64,000 nt of DNA from Acidimicrobiales bacterium (lineage in GTDB: Bacteria > Actinomycetota > Acidimicrobiia > Acidimicrobiales > Bog-793). The notes beneath the pieces were generated by a model. It did not search any database, had not been told where the DNA came from, and saw only the letters and a program-made list of their open reading frames with translations. Made by a program: the position numbers and the translations under genes. Shown here in pieces: positions 9,479 through 18,923 of this stretch. Where the stretch lies: positions 32,109 to 96,108 of the forward strand of contig JBEKBI010000003.1 in assembly GCA_050015475.1 (NCBI GenBank), in the 5' to 3' direction. Numbering within the stretch: the stretch's first letter is position 1; every line of letters begins with the position of its first letter.

Positions 9479-10630
9479 CTAGTGGAGGAGGTGACGTGCC
9501 ACGACCATGCGCTGTGCTTCCGACGTCCCTTCATAGATCTCCGTGATCTTGGCGTCACGGTATGCCCGTTCCACCGGATACCTCTCCGTGAACCCGTGGC
9601 CCCCGTGGACCTGGACGGCCCTGCCGGCCACTCGGGTCGCGGTCTCGGCTGCGAACAGCTTCGCCATGGCCGCCTCGGTGGAGAAAGCCAAACCCTCGTC
9701 CTCCAACCAGGCCGCATGGTGGAGAAGCAGGCGGGCCGCATCAAGCTCCGTCGCGCTGTCGGCGACCATCCACTGGATGGCCTCCTGCTCGGCGATGGGC
9801 TTCCCGAACTGGACCCGGTCCTTCGCATAGCTCACCGACGCGTCGAGCGCCCCCTGGGCGATTCCGACCGCCTGGGCGGCGATGGCGACCCGTCCCCCGT
9901 CGAGGGTGGCCAGGGCAATCTTGAAGCCCTTGCCCTGTTCGCCCAAGAGGGCGTCTCTCGGGATCCGGCAGTCGTCGAAGCAAAGCGGCGTCGCACTGGA
10001 CGCCTTGATGCCCATCTTCCTCTCGTTCTCACCGAGCGTGAAACCGGGTGTCCCAGCTTCCACGATGAAAGCGGAGATACCTCTCGTGCCCTTCCCCGGC
10101 TCGGTGAGGGCGAAGACGACGAAGACCTGCGCTCTGTCACCGTTGGTGACGAAGATCTTCGCGCCGTTCAGCACCCACTCGTCTCCCTCGAGCCGAGCCG
10201 TGGTCCTCATGGACCCGGCGTCAGTGCCGGCGGATGGCTCGGTGAGCGAGAATGCGGCCAGCCACTCTCCGCTCGTCAACCTCGGCACGTACCTGCTCCG
10301 CTGCGCCTCGGTGCCGAAGGTGTAGATCGGCCAGGTTCCAAGCGAGGTGTGGGTGGAGACGATGACGGCCGTCGACGCGCAGGCCTTGGCGATCTCCTCA
10401 AGCACGAGCACGTAACTCAGGTACCCCGCCCCGGCGCCGCCGACAGCCGTCGGGAACGGCAACCCGAGGAAGTGGAGTGCCCCGAGGTCGGCGACGAGCT
10501 CGCTCGGGAAACGGCTCTCCCTGTCTATCTCCGCTGCTATGGGCGCGACCTTGGTGCGGGCGAAGTCCCGCGCCTTCGCCTTGATGAGTTCCTGCTCCTC
10601 CGAAAGTCGAAAGTCCACTTTGATCCCCAA
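9479..10630 (-). CDS. Acyl-CoA dehydrogenase (short-chain/butyryl-CoA type)
   Basis: 383 aa. 'AFSLTEPSAGTDA', 'WVLNGAKIFVTNG', 'AVQVHGGHGFTERYPVERAYRDAKITEIYEGTSEAQ'. Confidence 0.92.
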   Translation of the reverse strand: MGIKVDFRLSEEQELIKAKARDFARTKVAPIAAEIDRESRFPSELVADLGALHFLGLPFPTAVGGAGAGYLSYVLVLEEIAKACASTAVIVSTHTSLGTWPIYTFGTEAQRSRYVPRLTSGEWLAAFSLTEPSAGTDAGSMRTTARLEGDEWVLNGAKIFVTNGDRAQVFVVFALTEPGKGTRGISAFIVEAGTPGFTLGENERKMGIKASSATPLCFDDCRIPRDALLGEQGKGFKIALATLDGGRVAIAAQAVGIAQGALDASVSYAKDRVQFGKPIAEQEAIQWMVADSATELDAARLLLHHAAWLEDEGLAFSTEAAMAKLFAAETATRVAGRAVQVHGGHGFTERYPVERAYRDAKITEIYEGTSEAQRMVVARHLLH

Positions 10631-10978
10631 CCTCGCTCGTCGGGAGCCTTCTCGATAACGACGCGCACCGATGCGGTGCGATGCGAACCGATCAGATTCT
10701 CGCGACCCACTCGCTGGGGCCGGTCGTTCCCTCCCATAACGCGAGGAGTCCCGGCCTCACCGGGGCGAGGAGTCGTGCCCGATTGCACGCGAGCCTACTT
10801 GAGGGTCAAAGGCGCGCCCGGGCGTAAGTGGGTCAGTCTGACCCCGGAGAGGGTTCTGACCAGGAACTGTCTCCAAAACTGGGGGGCGACGGCGGCGCAG
10901 AATCCGGCGCGAAGGCCGAGTGCGTATCGGGCGGATGCAGCTCCATTGCAGGGACGTCGTCTCCCGGGGCTGCTCCTT

Positions 10979-11260
10979 TCAACGGGTCGAGCAGCGGGCG
11001 ATCAGCCGAGTGCGAAGCAGGCCACCAAGAACCAGCACAACTGCCAAACCGCCGATCAAGGCTCCCGCCCGCCAGCCGATGACCGACGCCGCGAGGACCG
11101 CGACCACGATGCCTAGGACAGCCACGACGGAGAACGCACATCCTGGGGACACGGTGTTGTCGTCACTGGGAGTGAACCGCTCGAACCACGGAATCGCCGG
11201 CGCCGCTTCCGAGAGCTCGGTGCCCAGGTCCTCACCGTCGCCGGCATCTGCGTGTGGCAC
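10979..11260 (-). CDS. Possible small membrane protein (about 93 aa, two C-terminal TM helices)
   Basis: Only the 3' third of the 206-aa ORF 10979..11599 looks protein-like (…WFERFTPSDDNTVSPGCAFSVVAVLGIVVAVLAASVIGWRAGALIGGLAVVLVLGGLL). GTG at 11260-11258 is preceded by GGGAG. No family recognised. Confidence 0.3.
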   Translation of the reverse strand: MPHADAGDGEDLGTELSEAAPAIPWFERFTPSDDNTVSPGCAFSVVAVLGIVVAVLAASVIGWRAGALIGGLAVVLVLGGLLRTRLIARCSTR

Positions 11261-11390
11261 CGGGCAATACTCCCTTGCCCGGGATGAGCGAACAAGCGGG
11301 CTCGCCGGGACTCGAGGGCGAATCACCCAGCCCGCTCGCGCCAATCGAGTCTTTCCGCTCGGACCCTTCCGGCTCAGGCAGTTTTCAACG

Positions 11391-11978
11391 TCAGCTGTCA
11401 GATGTCCTAAGGCCGATCGGGCACGAAACCCCGGTGCCGCCGAGACCGCAGTAACCGTTCGGGTTCGCCTCCAGATACTGCTGGTGGTAGCCCTCGGCGT
11501 AGTAGAAGGGTCCGGCGGGCTTGATCTCGGTCGTGATCCTTCCGTGTCCCGCCGAGCTGAGCGCCGCCTGGTACTCGGCAAGTGATTTCTCGGCGGCAAG
11601 CTGCTGGGCGGGTGAGGTCGTGAAGATCGCGGAGCGGTACTGAGTGCCTACGTCGTTCCCCTGGCGCATCCCCTGGGTCGGGTCGTGACCCTCCCAGAAG
11701 ACCCGAAGCAGCTTGTCGTAGGAAGTCCTGGCAGTGTCGAACACGACGAGGACGGTCTCCGCATGACCCGTCCGCCCCGTGCACACCTCGTCGTAGGTGG
11801 GGTTCGGCGTCTCGCCTCCGCTGTAGCCGACGGCTGTGGTGTAGACACCGTCCGCGCGCCAGAACGTCCTCTCGGCGCCCCAGAAGCACCCCATCGCGAA
11901 CATGGCTCGCTCGAATCCCGGCGCCGTAGGCGGTCGTAGCGACGTGCCGAGCACCAGATGTCGCTCGGGGACGATCAT
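11391..11978 (-). CDS. msrA: Peptide-methionine (S)-S-oxide reductase
   Basis: '[16 protein letters not shown]...[12 protein letters not shown]...[17 protein letters not shown]...YHQQYL'. I use the internal ATG (MIVPERH) at 11978 rather than the 255-aa ORF start. Confidence 0.9.
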   Translation of the reverse strand: MIVPERHLVLGTSLRPPTAPGFERAMFAMGCFWGAERTFWRADGVYTTAVGYSGGETPNPTYDEVCTGRTGHAETVLVVFDTARTSYDKLLRVFWEGHDPTQGMRQGNDVGTQYRSAIFTTSPAQQLAAEKSLAEYQAALSSAGHGRITTEIKPAGPFYYAEGYHQQYLEANPNGYCGLGGTGVSCPIGLRTSDS

Positions 11979-12045
11979 TTCGCTCTCGCGTCCCGCCAAC
12001 ACCCGCTCAGTCCTCCATCTCACGCAAGGCCCGCAATCGCATTGT

Positions 12046-12675
12046 TCATACCCCTGGTTTACCGTCACCGAGAGCTCGCCCGTCCACTGAAGTGACGGGC
12101 AGCATGCCGGCGACCGAACTTGCCAGGAAGATCTCGTCCGCGCGGAACAGGTCGTCAACCGTGATACGGCCCTGGCGCACTAGGAGACCGAGCCGGGGAA
12201 CGCCGGTCGAGATGGTCCACCCGCGGGTCATCGAGACGATGATGCCGCAGTCGAGCGACGGCGTGACCAAACCGTCAGGCTCCACGAGGAAGACACTGGA
12301 CGAGGTCGGCTCGGCCACAAGGCCCCCGGTTGTGAGGAACAGGGCGTCGTCGGCTCCGCGGCTCGCCGTGACCCTCACAGCCGCCTTCGCTCCGGCACCG
12401 TCGAGGAGATTCGCCTTGCACAACTCGGCGACGGCATCGCCCACGCGGCGCTCGAGATCGTGCGGGGGCGGGATGGCGAGCACGACCGCCGGGGCCTCTA
12501 GCCGGCTCAGGTGGAGCGGGAGATCGAGCACTTGCCCGCCGACGACGCGGAGCGTCTCGAACACGCCGTCGCCCATCTGGAAACCCCTGTCGACGACGGT
12601 GATCAAGGCCTTCGCGGCCGGCTCCATTTTTCCGTTTACCCAAACGACGCGGGCCGGGCTTACGCGGGCACCCAA
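12046..12675 (-). CDS. Class-IV aminotransferase / aminodeoxychorismate-lyase-like protein with an internal in-frame deletion (possible pseudo-enzyme)
   Basis: 209 aa. N-terminal '[18 protein letters not shown]' and C-terminal '[42 protein letters not shown]' blocks are joined directly after 'VRVTASRG'. About 60 aa, normally carrying the PLP-Lys, appear to be missing. Confidence 0.6.
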   Translation of the reverse strand: MGARVSPARVVWVNGKMEPAAKALITVVDRGFQMGDGVFETLRVVGGQVLDLPLHLSRLEAPAVVLAIPPPHDLERRVGDAVAELCKANLLDGAGAKAAVRVTASRGADDALFLTTGGLVAEPTSSSVFLVEPDGLVTPSLDCGIIVSMTRGWTISTGVPRLGLLVRQGRITVDDLFRADEIFLASSVAGMLPVTSVDGRALGDGKPGV

Positions 12676-12741
12676 GATATCTCCCGCCTTTCGCCGCCCG
12701 AGCCCCCGTTCTCGACGCGGCCGCCATGGTCCCGTCTCGAA

Positions 12742-14115
12742 TCAGACCTCGCCTGTGTACTCAGGGAGAGGGCGCTTGAACAAGCGCGTCTTGCTCACCA
12801 TGTACACGACCCCCACGACGAGCCAGGTGCCGCCGGCCATCCAGGCCGAGTGGAGCAAGTGGACCCACAGCAGCACGATCACGACCGCACCGAGCGCCGG
12901 CGCGATCAGGTAACGCACGACGTCGAACCCGGCGCGCCTGTGCTGGCGCACGAAGAAGTGGTTCGCCATCGACACGTTGACCAAGAAGAATGCCAAGAGG
13001 GCGCCGAAATTGATGAGGCTGATGATCCTGTCCAGGTTCTGCGTGGCGCCGATGAAAGTGAGCGCCGCCACAGCCATGACGTTGCACACCGGCGTCTTCG
13101 TCTTCGGCCACAGATAGCCGAAGAACCTGTGCGGGATCACGCCGTCGCGGCCCATCCCGTACAGCATCCGCGAGGCGCTGCCCATAGAGCCGATGGCATT
13201 CGCCAAACAGGCGGCGACAAGGGCGACGGTGAGCACAGTCGCGAGCACCGGGCCGCCGGCCAGGCGGAAGATCGTGTAGTAGGCCGTGCTCGGGTCGGGC
13301 AGGTTTCTCGCGCTTGGCACCAGCAGCGCCGAAAGGTATGTCTGACCCAGGCAAAGCCCGGCAATGAGAAGGAGCGACACGACGGTCCCGATCGACACCG
13401 CCCGCGCCGGTCGCTTGGTCTCCTCGGCGAGCGTGCTCACGGCGTCGAAGCCCAGGAAAGAGAAGCAGGCGACGGCCGTGCCGGCGAACATGGGCGTCCA
13501 GCGGAACGTGGCGGCGTTGAATATCGGCCTGGTGGAAAACATGGTGCCCGCTCCGACTCCTCCGTCCAGCGCGTGCACGGCGGCGACGGCGAACCAGACG
13601 ATCACCACGAGCGACACGAGGAGCAACATGGCGGAAATGCGGCTCAGCCACCTCACCTCGCTCAAGTTGGCGCACGTGACGACGAGCACGCCTGCGACCA
13701 CCCACCACCAGTAGTGGATCGACGGCCACTGCGCACTCGCGAACAACCCGAGCAGGATCATGTTGAGACTCGGGAAGAGCACGTAGTCGAGGGCGATCGC
13801 CCAGCCGCCGAGCAGGCCGACATGCGGGCTCAGTCCGCGCCGGGTGAAGGTGTAGGTCGATCCCGCCCGCGGGAAGGCACCGGCCATCGCACCGTAGCTC
13901 CAGGCGGTGAGAAGCATCGCCACCATAGCGATCAGATACGCGAGGAACAGGTGCCCGCCCGTCTCTAGCTGCACGGCACCGTAGACCGAGACCGGCGCCA
14001 ACGGGAACATCATCATCACCCCGTAGACGATCAGGTCGCGTGTGTTGAGAACGCGCTTGAGCCCCGTCGGGACGAGGCGTGGGTCGGCTGCTCCAGAGCC
14101 CTTCCCGGGCCCCAT
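12742..14115 (-). CDS. APC-family amino acid / polyamine permease
   Basis: About 12 TM segments. 'LIVYGVMMMFPLAPVSVYG', 'AFPRAGSTYTFTRRG'. I chose the start at MGPGKGSG (14115); the ORF extends to 14268. Confidence 0.85.
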   Translation of the reverse strand: MGPGKGSGAADPRLVPTGLKRVLNTRDLIVYGVMMMFPLAPVSVYGAVQLETGGHLFLAYLIAMVAMLLTAWSYGAMAGAFPRAGSTYTFTRRGLSPHVGLLGGWAIALDYVLFPSLNMILLGLFASAQWPSIHYWWWVVAGVLVVTCANLSEVRWLSRISAMLLLVSLVVIVWFAVAAVHALDGGVGAGTMFSTRPIFNAATFRWTPMFAGTAVACFSFLGFDAVSTLAEETKRPARAVSIGTVVSLLLIAGLCLGQTYLSALLVPSARNLPDPSTAYYTIFRLAGGPVLATVLTVALVAACLANAIGSMGSASRMLYGMGRDGVIPHRFFGYLWPKTKTPVCNVMAVAALTFIGATQNLDRIISLINFGALLAFFLVNVSMANHFFVRQHRRAGFDVVRYLIAPALGAVVIVLLWVHLLHSAWMAGGTWLVVGVVYMVSKTRLFKRPLPEYTGEV

Positions 14116-14200
14116 CTCAGCCACGACGCGTCGTGGTCGCGCGAGATCGCCCGCCCCGCCGGGCGGGCAATGGGCCGAATAGTCGCTGCATCTCAGATGG

Positions 14201-14584
14201 TCAGCCCGTCGGGTCCTCGGCCATCCGACACGGGATGTCGGCGTTCTCATCCACGTGGTAGCTCGCACAGATCCTGTGATATCCGTCCGCGATCTGCAGC
14301 GGTCCCGCCTTCTTCATCGATCCCCTGACCAACAGAACCGGCGAGAGCATCACGCCGGTCTTCACCTTCTTCAGATCCGAACTGACGTGCGGGTTGTCGA
14401 CAGGCAAGAGCTGAAGGCCGCTCGCGCGCAGCAGGTCCTTGGCTTTGAAATGCTCGATCGGCGCGACACGCAGCTCTGCCACGACGGCGTCGACCAATGG
14501 CCCGGGCAAAACGAGCGCGAGGTAGCTGGCTGCAGCGGGGTAGTCGTGGTCGTCCGGCTCCGCCTTCCAGTGCTCCTTGCTCAT
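14201..14584 (-). CDS. Small ParB/sulfiredoxin-fold (ParB N-terminal-like) domain protein, function unknown
   Basis: 127 aa from [12 protein letters not shown]. 'SPVLLVRG....LQIADGYHRICASY' resembles the ParB/Srx 'DGHHR' core. Its ATG overlaps the aquaporin stop (ATGA at 14581-14584). Confidence 0.5.
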   Translation of the reverse strand: MSKEHWKAEPDDHDYPAAASYLALVLPGPLVDAVVAELRVAPIEHFKAKDLLRASGLQLLPVDNPHVSSDLKKVKTGVMLSPVLLVRGSMKKAGPLQIADGYHRICASYHVDENADIPCRMAEDPTG

Positions 14585-15462
14585 GGCACCTCCCCCTCCT
14601 CTTCGGGACCTGGCGGGCCCGGTTGCGGGGCCCAATTCCCGAACCTCTCCAGAGTGCCTTGGGCCGCGGTGGCGGCCTTCGGGTCGCCGCCGCGCCCTCG
14701 CAGCACGAGGGCCAGCCCCACCGCGAGGATCGCCCCGACAAGTGGGCCCGCGGCGTACACCCAGTAGTGGCTGAACATCCCGAGCGCGGCGTCAGGACCG
14801 AATGACCTGGCCGGGTTCATCGAGGCACCGGTGATGGGGCTTCCCCAAATGCTCGCGACGGTTATATAGCCACCCACCGCGAGCGCGGATAGAGGACCGA
14901 CCTGCTGTGCGCCCGAGGCCGTGCCCAGTATCACTGTCACCAGACCCAGGGTGAGGATTATCTCGAGCACAAAGGCCTTCGGATCAGAGACGCGCGGCCC
15001 GGGCAGAGTCGATCCGAGGAGCGCCAAACGACCGAACAGTCCCCTCAAGATGAGGCAACCGAGGGTTGCGCCGGCGAGTTGCGCGATCACGTAACCGGGC
15101 ACGCGCCGCCAGGGGAACTCCCTCCTGAGCGCGAAGGCGATGCTGACGACCGGGTTGAGATGCGCGCCCGATATGGCCCCCAAAGAAAGGATGATCGCCA
15201 TCACCATGAGACCAGGGGAAGCCACCGCGAGGACGTGCGGTACCGAGCCGGGCGCGAAGGCGTTGACCACGGTCGGCCCCGCGCCCGCGAAGACGAGGAA
15301 CAAGGTCCCGAACAACTCGCAAAGCAAGCGGCGCCATTCGTGGGAGAGATTGTCGAACTCGGCCACCCAGGGTGGCTCGAAAGCGAGAAGGGATCTGTAG
15401 GGTACGGAGCGGCCTCGGGGAGCCGACCCTGTGTTCAGTTCGCGCCTCGGATCGTCTGCCAT
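14581..15462 (-). CDS. MIP-family channel (aquaporin/glycerol-facilitator-like) with NPV / NPA boxes
   Basis: '[15 protein letters not shown]' and '[13 protein letters not shown]'. Six TM segments. ATG at 15462 is preceded by AGGAAAG. Confidence 0.88.
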   Translation of the reverse strand: MADDPRRELNTGSAPRGRSVPYRSLLAFEPPWVAEFDNLSHEWRRLLCELFGTLFLVFAGAGPTVVNAFAPGSVPHVLAVASPGLMVMAIILSLGAISGAHLNPVVSIAFALRREFPWRRVPGYVIAQLAGATLGCLILRGLFGRLALLGSTLPGPRVSDPKAFVLEIILTLGLVTVILGTASGAQQVGPLSALAVGGYITVASIWGSPITGASMNPARSFGPDAALGMFSHYWVYAAGPLVGAILAVGLALVLRGRGGDPKAATAAQGTLERFGNWAPQPGPPGPEEEGEVP

Positions 15463-15647
15463 CTTTCCTAGGTTGCCAGAACAAGCAGGCAACGCGGCGG
15501 ATCAGCTCCGAGCGACGGCCGAAGGCGCGGGACCCGCGCCCGGGCGCTGGCCAAGGCTCCCCTCACGGCCGTCTTTTCACCAAGTGCGCGAAGTTTCGCT
15601 ACGCTGCCCCAAACCCACGTCGGCCTCCCGAGAAAGGAAACCCAACA

Positions 15648-16898
15648 ATGCGCTGGAACCTTCCACCCGGACAGATGCCCGAGGCGTGGTTCAACGTAGT
15701 GCCTCAGCTGCCCGAACCCTTGCAGCCTGACCTCCACCCGGGAACCCGCCAACCCATCGGGCCGGACGATCTGGCGCCTTTGTACCCAATGGCGCTCATC
15801 GGCCAGGAAGTGAGCTCCGAGCCGTGGGTGGACATCCCCGGCGAGGTCATCGACGTGTTGCGTCTGTGGCGGCCCACACCGCTCGTGCGGGCGGAACGCC
15901 TCGAAAAGGCGCTTGGCACGCCGGCGCGCATCTACTTCAAGGACGAGTCAGTGTCGCCGGCGGGATCTCACAAGCCGAACACCGCCGTCCCTCAGGCCTT
16001 CTACAACAAGCAGGCCGGGGTGGCAAGGCTCGCCACCGAGACCGGTGCCGGCCAATGGGGAAGCGCTCTCGCCTTCGCCTGTGCGCTCTTCGAGCTCGAG
16101 TGCAAGGTCTACATGGTCCGCGCCTCGTACAACCAGAAGCCCTATCGCCGCGTGATGATGGAGGTGTGGGGAGGCTCGGTCGTCCCGTCCCCCGTCGACG
16201 ATCCGGACAGTCCCGGCTCGCTCGGCTCCGCCATCTCGGACGCCATCAGCGACGCGGTCTCGAGGGAGGACACCCATTACGCGCTCGGCTCGGTCCTCAA
16301 CCATGTCCTTCTGCACCAGACCGTCATAGGGCTCGAGGCCAAAGACCAGTTGACACACGCCGGGGAGCGACTGCCCGACATCGTGATCGGCTCTTGCGGC
16401 GGCGGTTCGAACCTAGGTGGCATCTCGCTGCCCTTCGTGCCCGAGGCCGGTGTCGACCTCTTGGCTGTCGAGCCCTCGTCGTGCCCCACGCTCACGGCGG
16501 GGAAGTTCGAGTACGACTTCGCGGACGTCGCCGAGACCACGCCCCTTTTGCCTATGTACACCCTCGGCCACAAGTTCATGCCTCCGTCGATACATGCCGG
16601 TGGCCTGCGCTACCACGGGGATTCGCCCATCATCTCGAGTCTCGTGAAGAACGGCCGCATGAGAGCTGTCGCCTATCCCCAGGGCAAAGTCTTCGAAGCG
16701 GCCGTCCAGTTCGCACGGACCCAGGGGACGATCCCGGCTCCTGAGACCGCCCACGCGATCCGGGCAGTCATCGACGAGGCGTTGGCGGCCAAGGAAGCCG
16801 GGCAGGAAAAGGTGATCCTGTTCAGCTACTCCGGGCACGGCCTGTTGGACCTTGGCGCCTACGACGACTACCTGCACGGGCATCTCGACCGCGGCTAG
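15648..16898 (+). CDS. trpB: TrpB-like PLP enzyme, tryptophan synthase beta chain 2 (TrpB2 type), stand-alone
   Basis: 416 aa from [16 protein letters not shown]. '[20 protein letters not shown]', '[15 protein letters not shown]', '[11 protein letters not shown]', 'HAGGLRYHG' are typical of TrpB2. ATG at 15648 follows GAAAGGAAA. No trpA or other trp genes nearby. Confidence 0.88.
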   Translation: MRWNLPPGQMPEAWFNVVPQLPEPLQPDLHPGTRQPIGPDDLAPLYPMALIGQEVSSEPWVDIPGEVIDVLRLWRPTPLVRAERLEKALGTPARIYFKDESVSPAGSHKPNTAVPQAFYNKQAGVARLATETGAGQWGSALAFACALFELECKVYMVRASYNQKPYRRVMMEVWGGSVVPSPVDDPDSPGSLGSAISDAISDAVSREDTHYALGSVLNHVLLHQTVIGLEAKDQLTHAGERLPDIVIGSCGGGSNLGGISLPFVPEAGVDLLAVEPSSCPTLTAGKFEYDFADVAETTPLLPMYTLGHKFMPPSIHAGGLRYHGDSPIISSLVKNGRMRAVAYPQGKVFEAAVQFARTQGTIPAPETAHAIRAVIDEALAAKEAGQEKVILFSYSGHGLLDLGAYDDYLHGHLDRG

Positions 16899-17017
16899 GG
16901 GCCGGCTGCCGCGGGCCTGAAGCAGCCGCACACAACACAACCTGTAGCCACTCCCGGGTGCGACGCTCCACTCCGGGTGGTCTGTGACGCGGCGCTCGCG
17001 CGGCTAACTTCCGTTGC

Positions 17018-17911
17018 ATGGGCTCAGGTATGTGCGGCACTCCCGTCTTCCCGAAGCGGCACGCTTTGATCGCCGTGGTGGTCGCTGGCTGTTGCCTCCT
17101 CGTCGCGGGGTGCTCCTCGCTTTCCGGCACGAACTCGACGACCTCGCGGCTCGGGGGCTCGAGTTCAACTTCGACGTCGTCAGCGTCGACGTCGTCAGCG
17201 TCGACGTCGACCTCGACTTCGACTTCGACGACGACCACGCTGCCGGGCCTCGCCCAGCCAACTAGTTCTCATCCCATCACGATCCTCGACGTCGGCGACT
17301 CGCTCGGCGAGGATCTCGGCCTCGGCCTCGGATACACGATCGGTTCCAGCCCGATAGTGCGCGTCATCCAAGACGCCGTCGGCGACACGGGTCTGGCGCG
17401 CCCGGACTACTACAACTGGCCGCTTCACCTCTCGGAGGAGCTTGCCGAATATCACCCGCAAGTAGTGACGATCCTCATCGGCGGGAACGACTCGCAGAAT
17501 TTCCTCGTGAACGGCGAACCGGTCGTATTCGGCACTCCTGAGTGGCACGCGGTCTATTCACAGCGAGTCGCGCTCATGATGACCGAGACATTGAGCGCGG
17601 GCGCCAAGATGGTCTGGGTCGGCCTGCCGATAATGCAGAACCCCGCCTTCGCCGCCTCGATGCAGACGCTCAACTCGATCTACCAGGCCCAAGCCGCGCT
17701 GCACCCAGGTGTCGTGTTCCTCCCGACTTGGGCGTTGTTCTCGAACGCCGCCGGCGAGTACTCCGCCTACCTCACCAACAGCTACGGCCAAACGGTTCTC
17801 GCCCGCGACGACGACGGGGTCCACATCGCACCTCCTGGTGGCTGCGACATCGTCGCCGTGGCCGCTATCAAGGAGATCGAGTCCGTCTGGCGCGTTCACC
17901 TCGGGATCTGA
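17018..17911 (+). CDS. Lipoprotein, SGNH/GDSL-family hydrolase with Ser/Thr-rich linker
   Basis: Lipobox 'LLVAGCSS'. Linker 'SSSTSTSSASTSSASTSTSTSTSTTTT'. Catalytic blocks 'ILDVGDSLGEDLG', 'ILIGGNDSQN', 'DDGVHIAPPG'. Confidence 0.8.
   Translation: MGSGMCGTPVFPKRHALIAVVVAGCCLLVAGCSSLSGTNSTTSRLGGSSSTSTSSASTSSASTSTSTSTSTTTTLPGLAQPTSSHPITILDVGDSLGEDLGLGLGYTIGSSPIVRVIQDAVGDTGLARPDYYNWPLHLSEELAEYHPQVVTILIGGNDSQNFLVNGEPVVFGTPEWHAVYSQRVALMMTETLSAGAKMVWVGLPIMQNPAFAASMQTLNSIYQAQAALHPGVVFLPTWALFSNAAGEYSAYLTNSYGQTVLARDDDGVHIAPPGGCDIVAVAAIKEIESVWRVHLGI
17171..17240 (+). repeat. Coding tandem repeat (15-nt unit tcgacgtcgtcagcg x2, then tcgacN runs) encoding the STSSA/ST linker
   Basis: Read directly in the sequence; lies inside the SGNH lipoprotein gene. 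Confidence 0.8.
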
Positions 17912-18172
17912 TCTCGGCGGGCCGCCGCTCGAAGCCCCAGGAGCCCTTCCCGCCCAGACACGGACCTGGAGGTGACCGCAACTAGGTCCTCACGCCGCCT
18001 GAGTGTCCCTTGTCCTCGACCGGGCACGTCCCGCAAGCGCCGTGGGCACTTCCCCATATGCGAGTCGCGCCTTGGTGCCGGCGCCGGCAAGGAGCGCCCG
18101 GGAGCCGCAGGCGTGCTGGAGCCCGCTCGCCTGCCACGCCCTCCTGCAGCTGTCGAGCCGAGCTCGAGGCCA

Positions 18173-18883
18173 TCAGTCCGACGAGACGGCGAGCCCTCCC
18201 ACGTGCGCTATCGCCAGCCCGTCCGGCTCGCCGCCGCCGTCCCAGTCCTCCACCAGCTGACCGGAGGCGTCACGACGAAACACGGGAATCGCCCCGAGCG
18301 AATGCACGATGTCCACCGTGTCCCCGAGCTCGCGGCGCCAGGTGGCCGCCTCGGTTACGAGTGTGCCGATGGCCACCGGCTCCGCTCCGACGCGGTGCAG
18401 GAGATTGAGCGCTGCCCGCATGGAGGCGCCAGTCGAGATGACGTCGTCTACGAGCCCGACGCGCTTGCCCTTCACGACGTCGACTCTTGCCACGTCGAAG
18501 AGCAACCTCTGCTGCACTCCTGTCGTGATCGACCGGAGTGGCTCGCTGATCGCGTCGCGCAGGTGCAGCTTGGGAGTCTTCTGCAAGATCAGGTAGTCGT
18601 CGAGGCCGAGCGCTCGTGTCACTTCGATAGCGAGCGGGATGCCCATCGTCGCCACGGACACGACGAGATCGAGTTCGAACGGGGCGAGCTGCTCCGCGAG
18701 CTCGGTGGCTGCTCGCTCGACGAATCCGACGCCGTGGTCCACCGTGATGAGGAGCGCAATGGCTAGTTCATCGGTGATCGGGATCAGCGGCAGGTCGATT
18801 TGTTGAGAGCCGACCGTCGCGCGATAGATGCCTGCAGGCGTGACCATGGTTACGATGCTCGCCGGTCCAGAGCCCGGACGCAA
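18173..18883 (-). CDS. Type-I phosphoribosyltransferase family protein (purine PRT-like)
   Basis: 'KRVGLVDDVISTGASMRAAL' PRPP-binding motif. Start uncertain (18883, or MVTPAG at 18847). Confidence 0.7.
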   Translation of the reverse strand: MRPGSGPASIVTMVTPAGIYRATVGSQQIDLPLIPITDELAIALLITVDHGVGFVERAATELAEQLAPFELDLVVSVATMGIPLAIEVTRALGLDDYLILQKTPKLHLRDAISEPLRSITTGVQQRLLFDVARVDVVKGKRVGLVDDVISTGASMRAALNLLHRVGAEPVAIGTLVTEAATWRRELGDTVDIVHSLGAIPVFRRDASGQLVEDWDGGGEPDGLAIAHVGGLAVSSD

Positions 18884-18923
18884 CTAGGCACCCCGAAATC
18901 GGCCGAGGCGTCCAGCTCTGCGG

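Noticed and set aside
9461-11116. 551-aa plus-strand ORF overlapping the acyl-CoA dehydrogenase gene
   Set aside because: It is antisense to a gene with unmistakable ACAD motifs. Its product is Arg/Pro/Gly-rich with no recognisable domain, a typical shadow ORF of GC-rich DNA.
12511-13968. 485-aa plus-strand ORF opposite the APC permease
   Set aside because: The highly charged, Arg/His/Glu-rich, low-complexity product is antisense to a clear 12-TM permease. I treat it as a GC-bias artefact.
15372-15647. Long N-terminal extension of the TrpB2 ORF (508-aa version), overlapping the aquaporin start
   Set aside because: The extension is Arg/Pro-rich and overlaps the divergent gene's 5' end. The ATG at 15648 has a good SD and matches the TrpB2 N-terminus. 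I trimmed similar extensions for msrA (12158), the APC permease (14268), the 52373 gene (54334) and the SBP (61765).
16401-16420. tRNA T-arm-like 'ggttcgaacc' string
   Set aside because: It lies inside the TrpB2 coding frame ([10 protein letters not shown]) with no acceptor or anticodon arms around it. I saw no tRNA, rRNA or tmRNA elsewhere.
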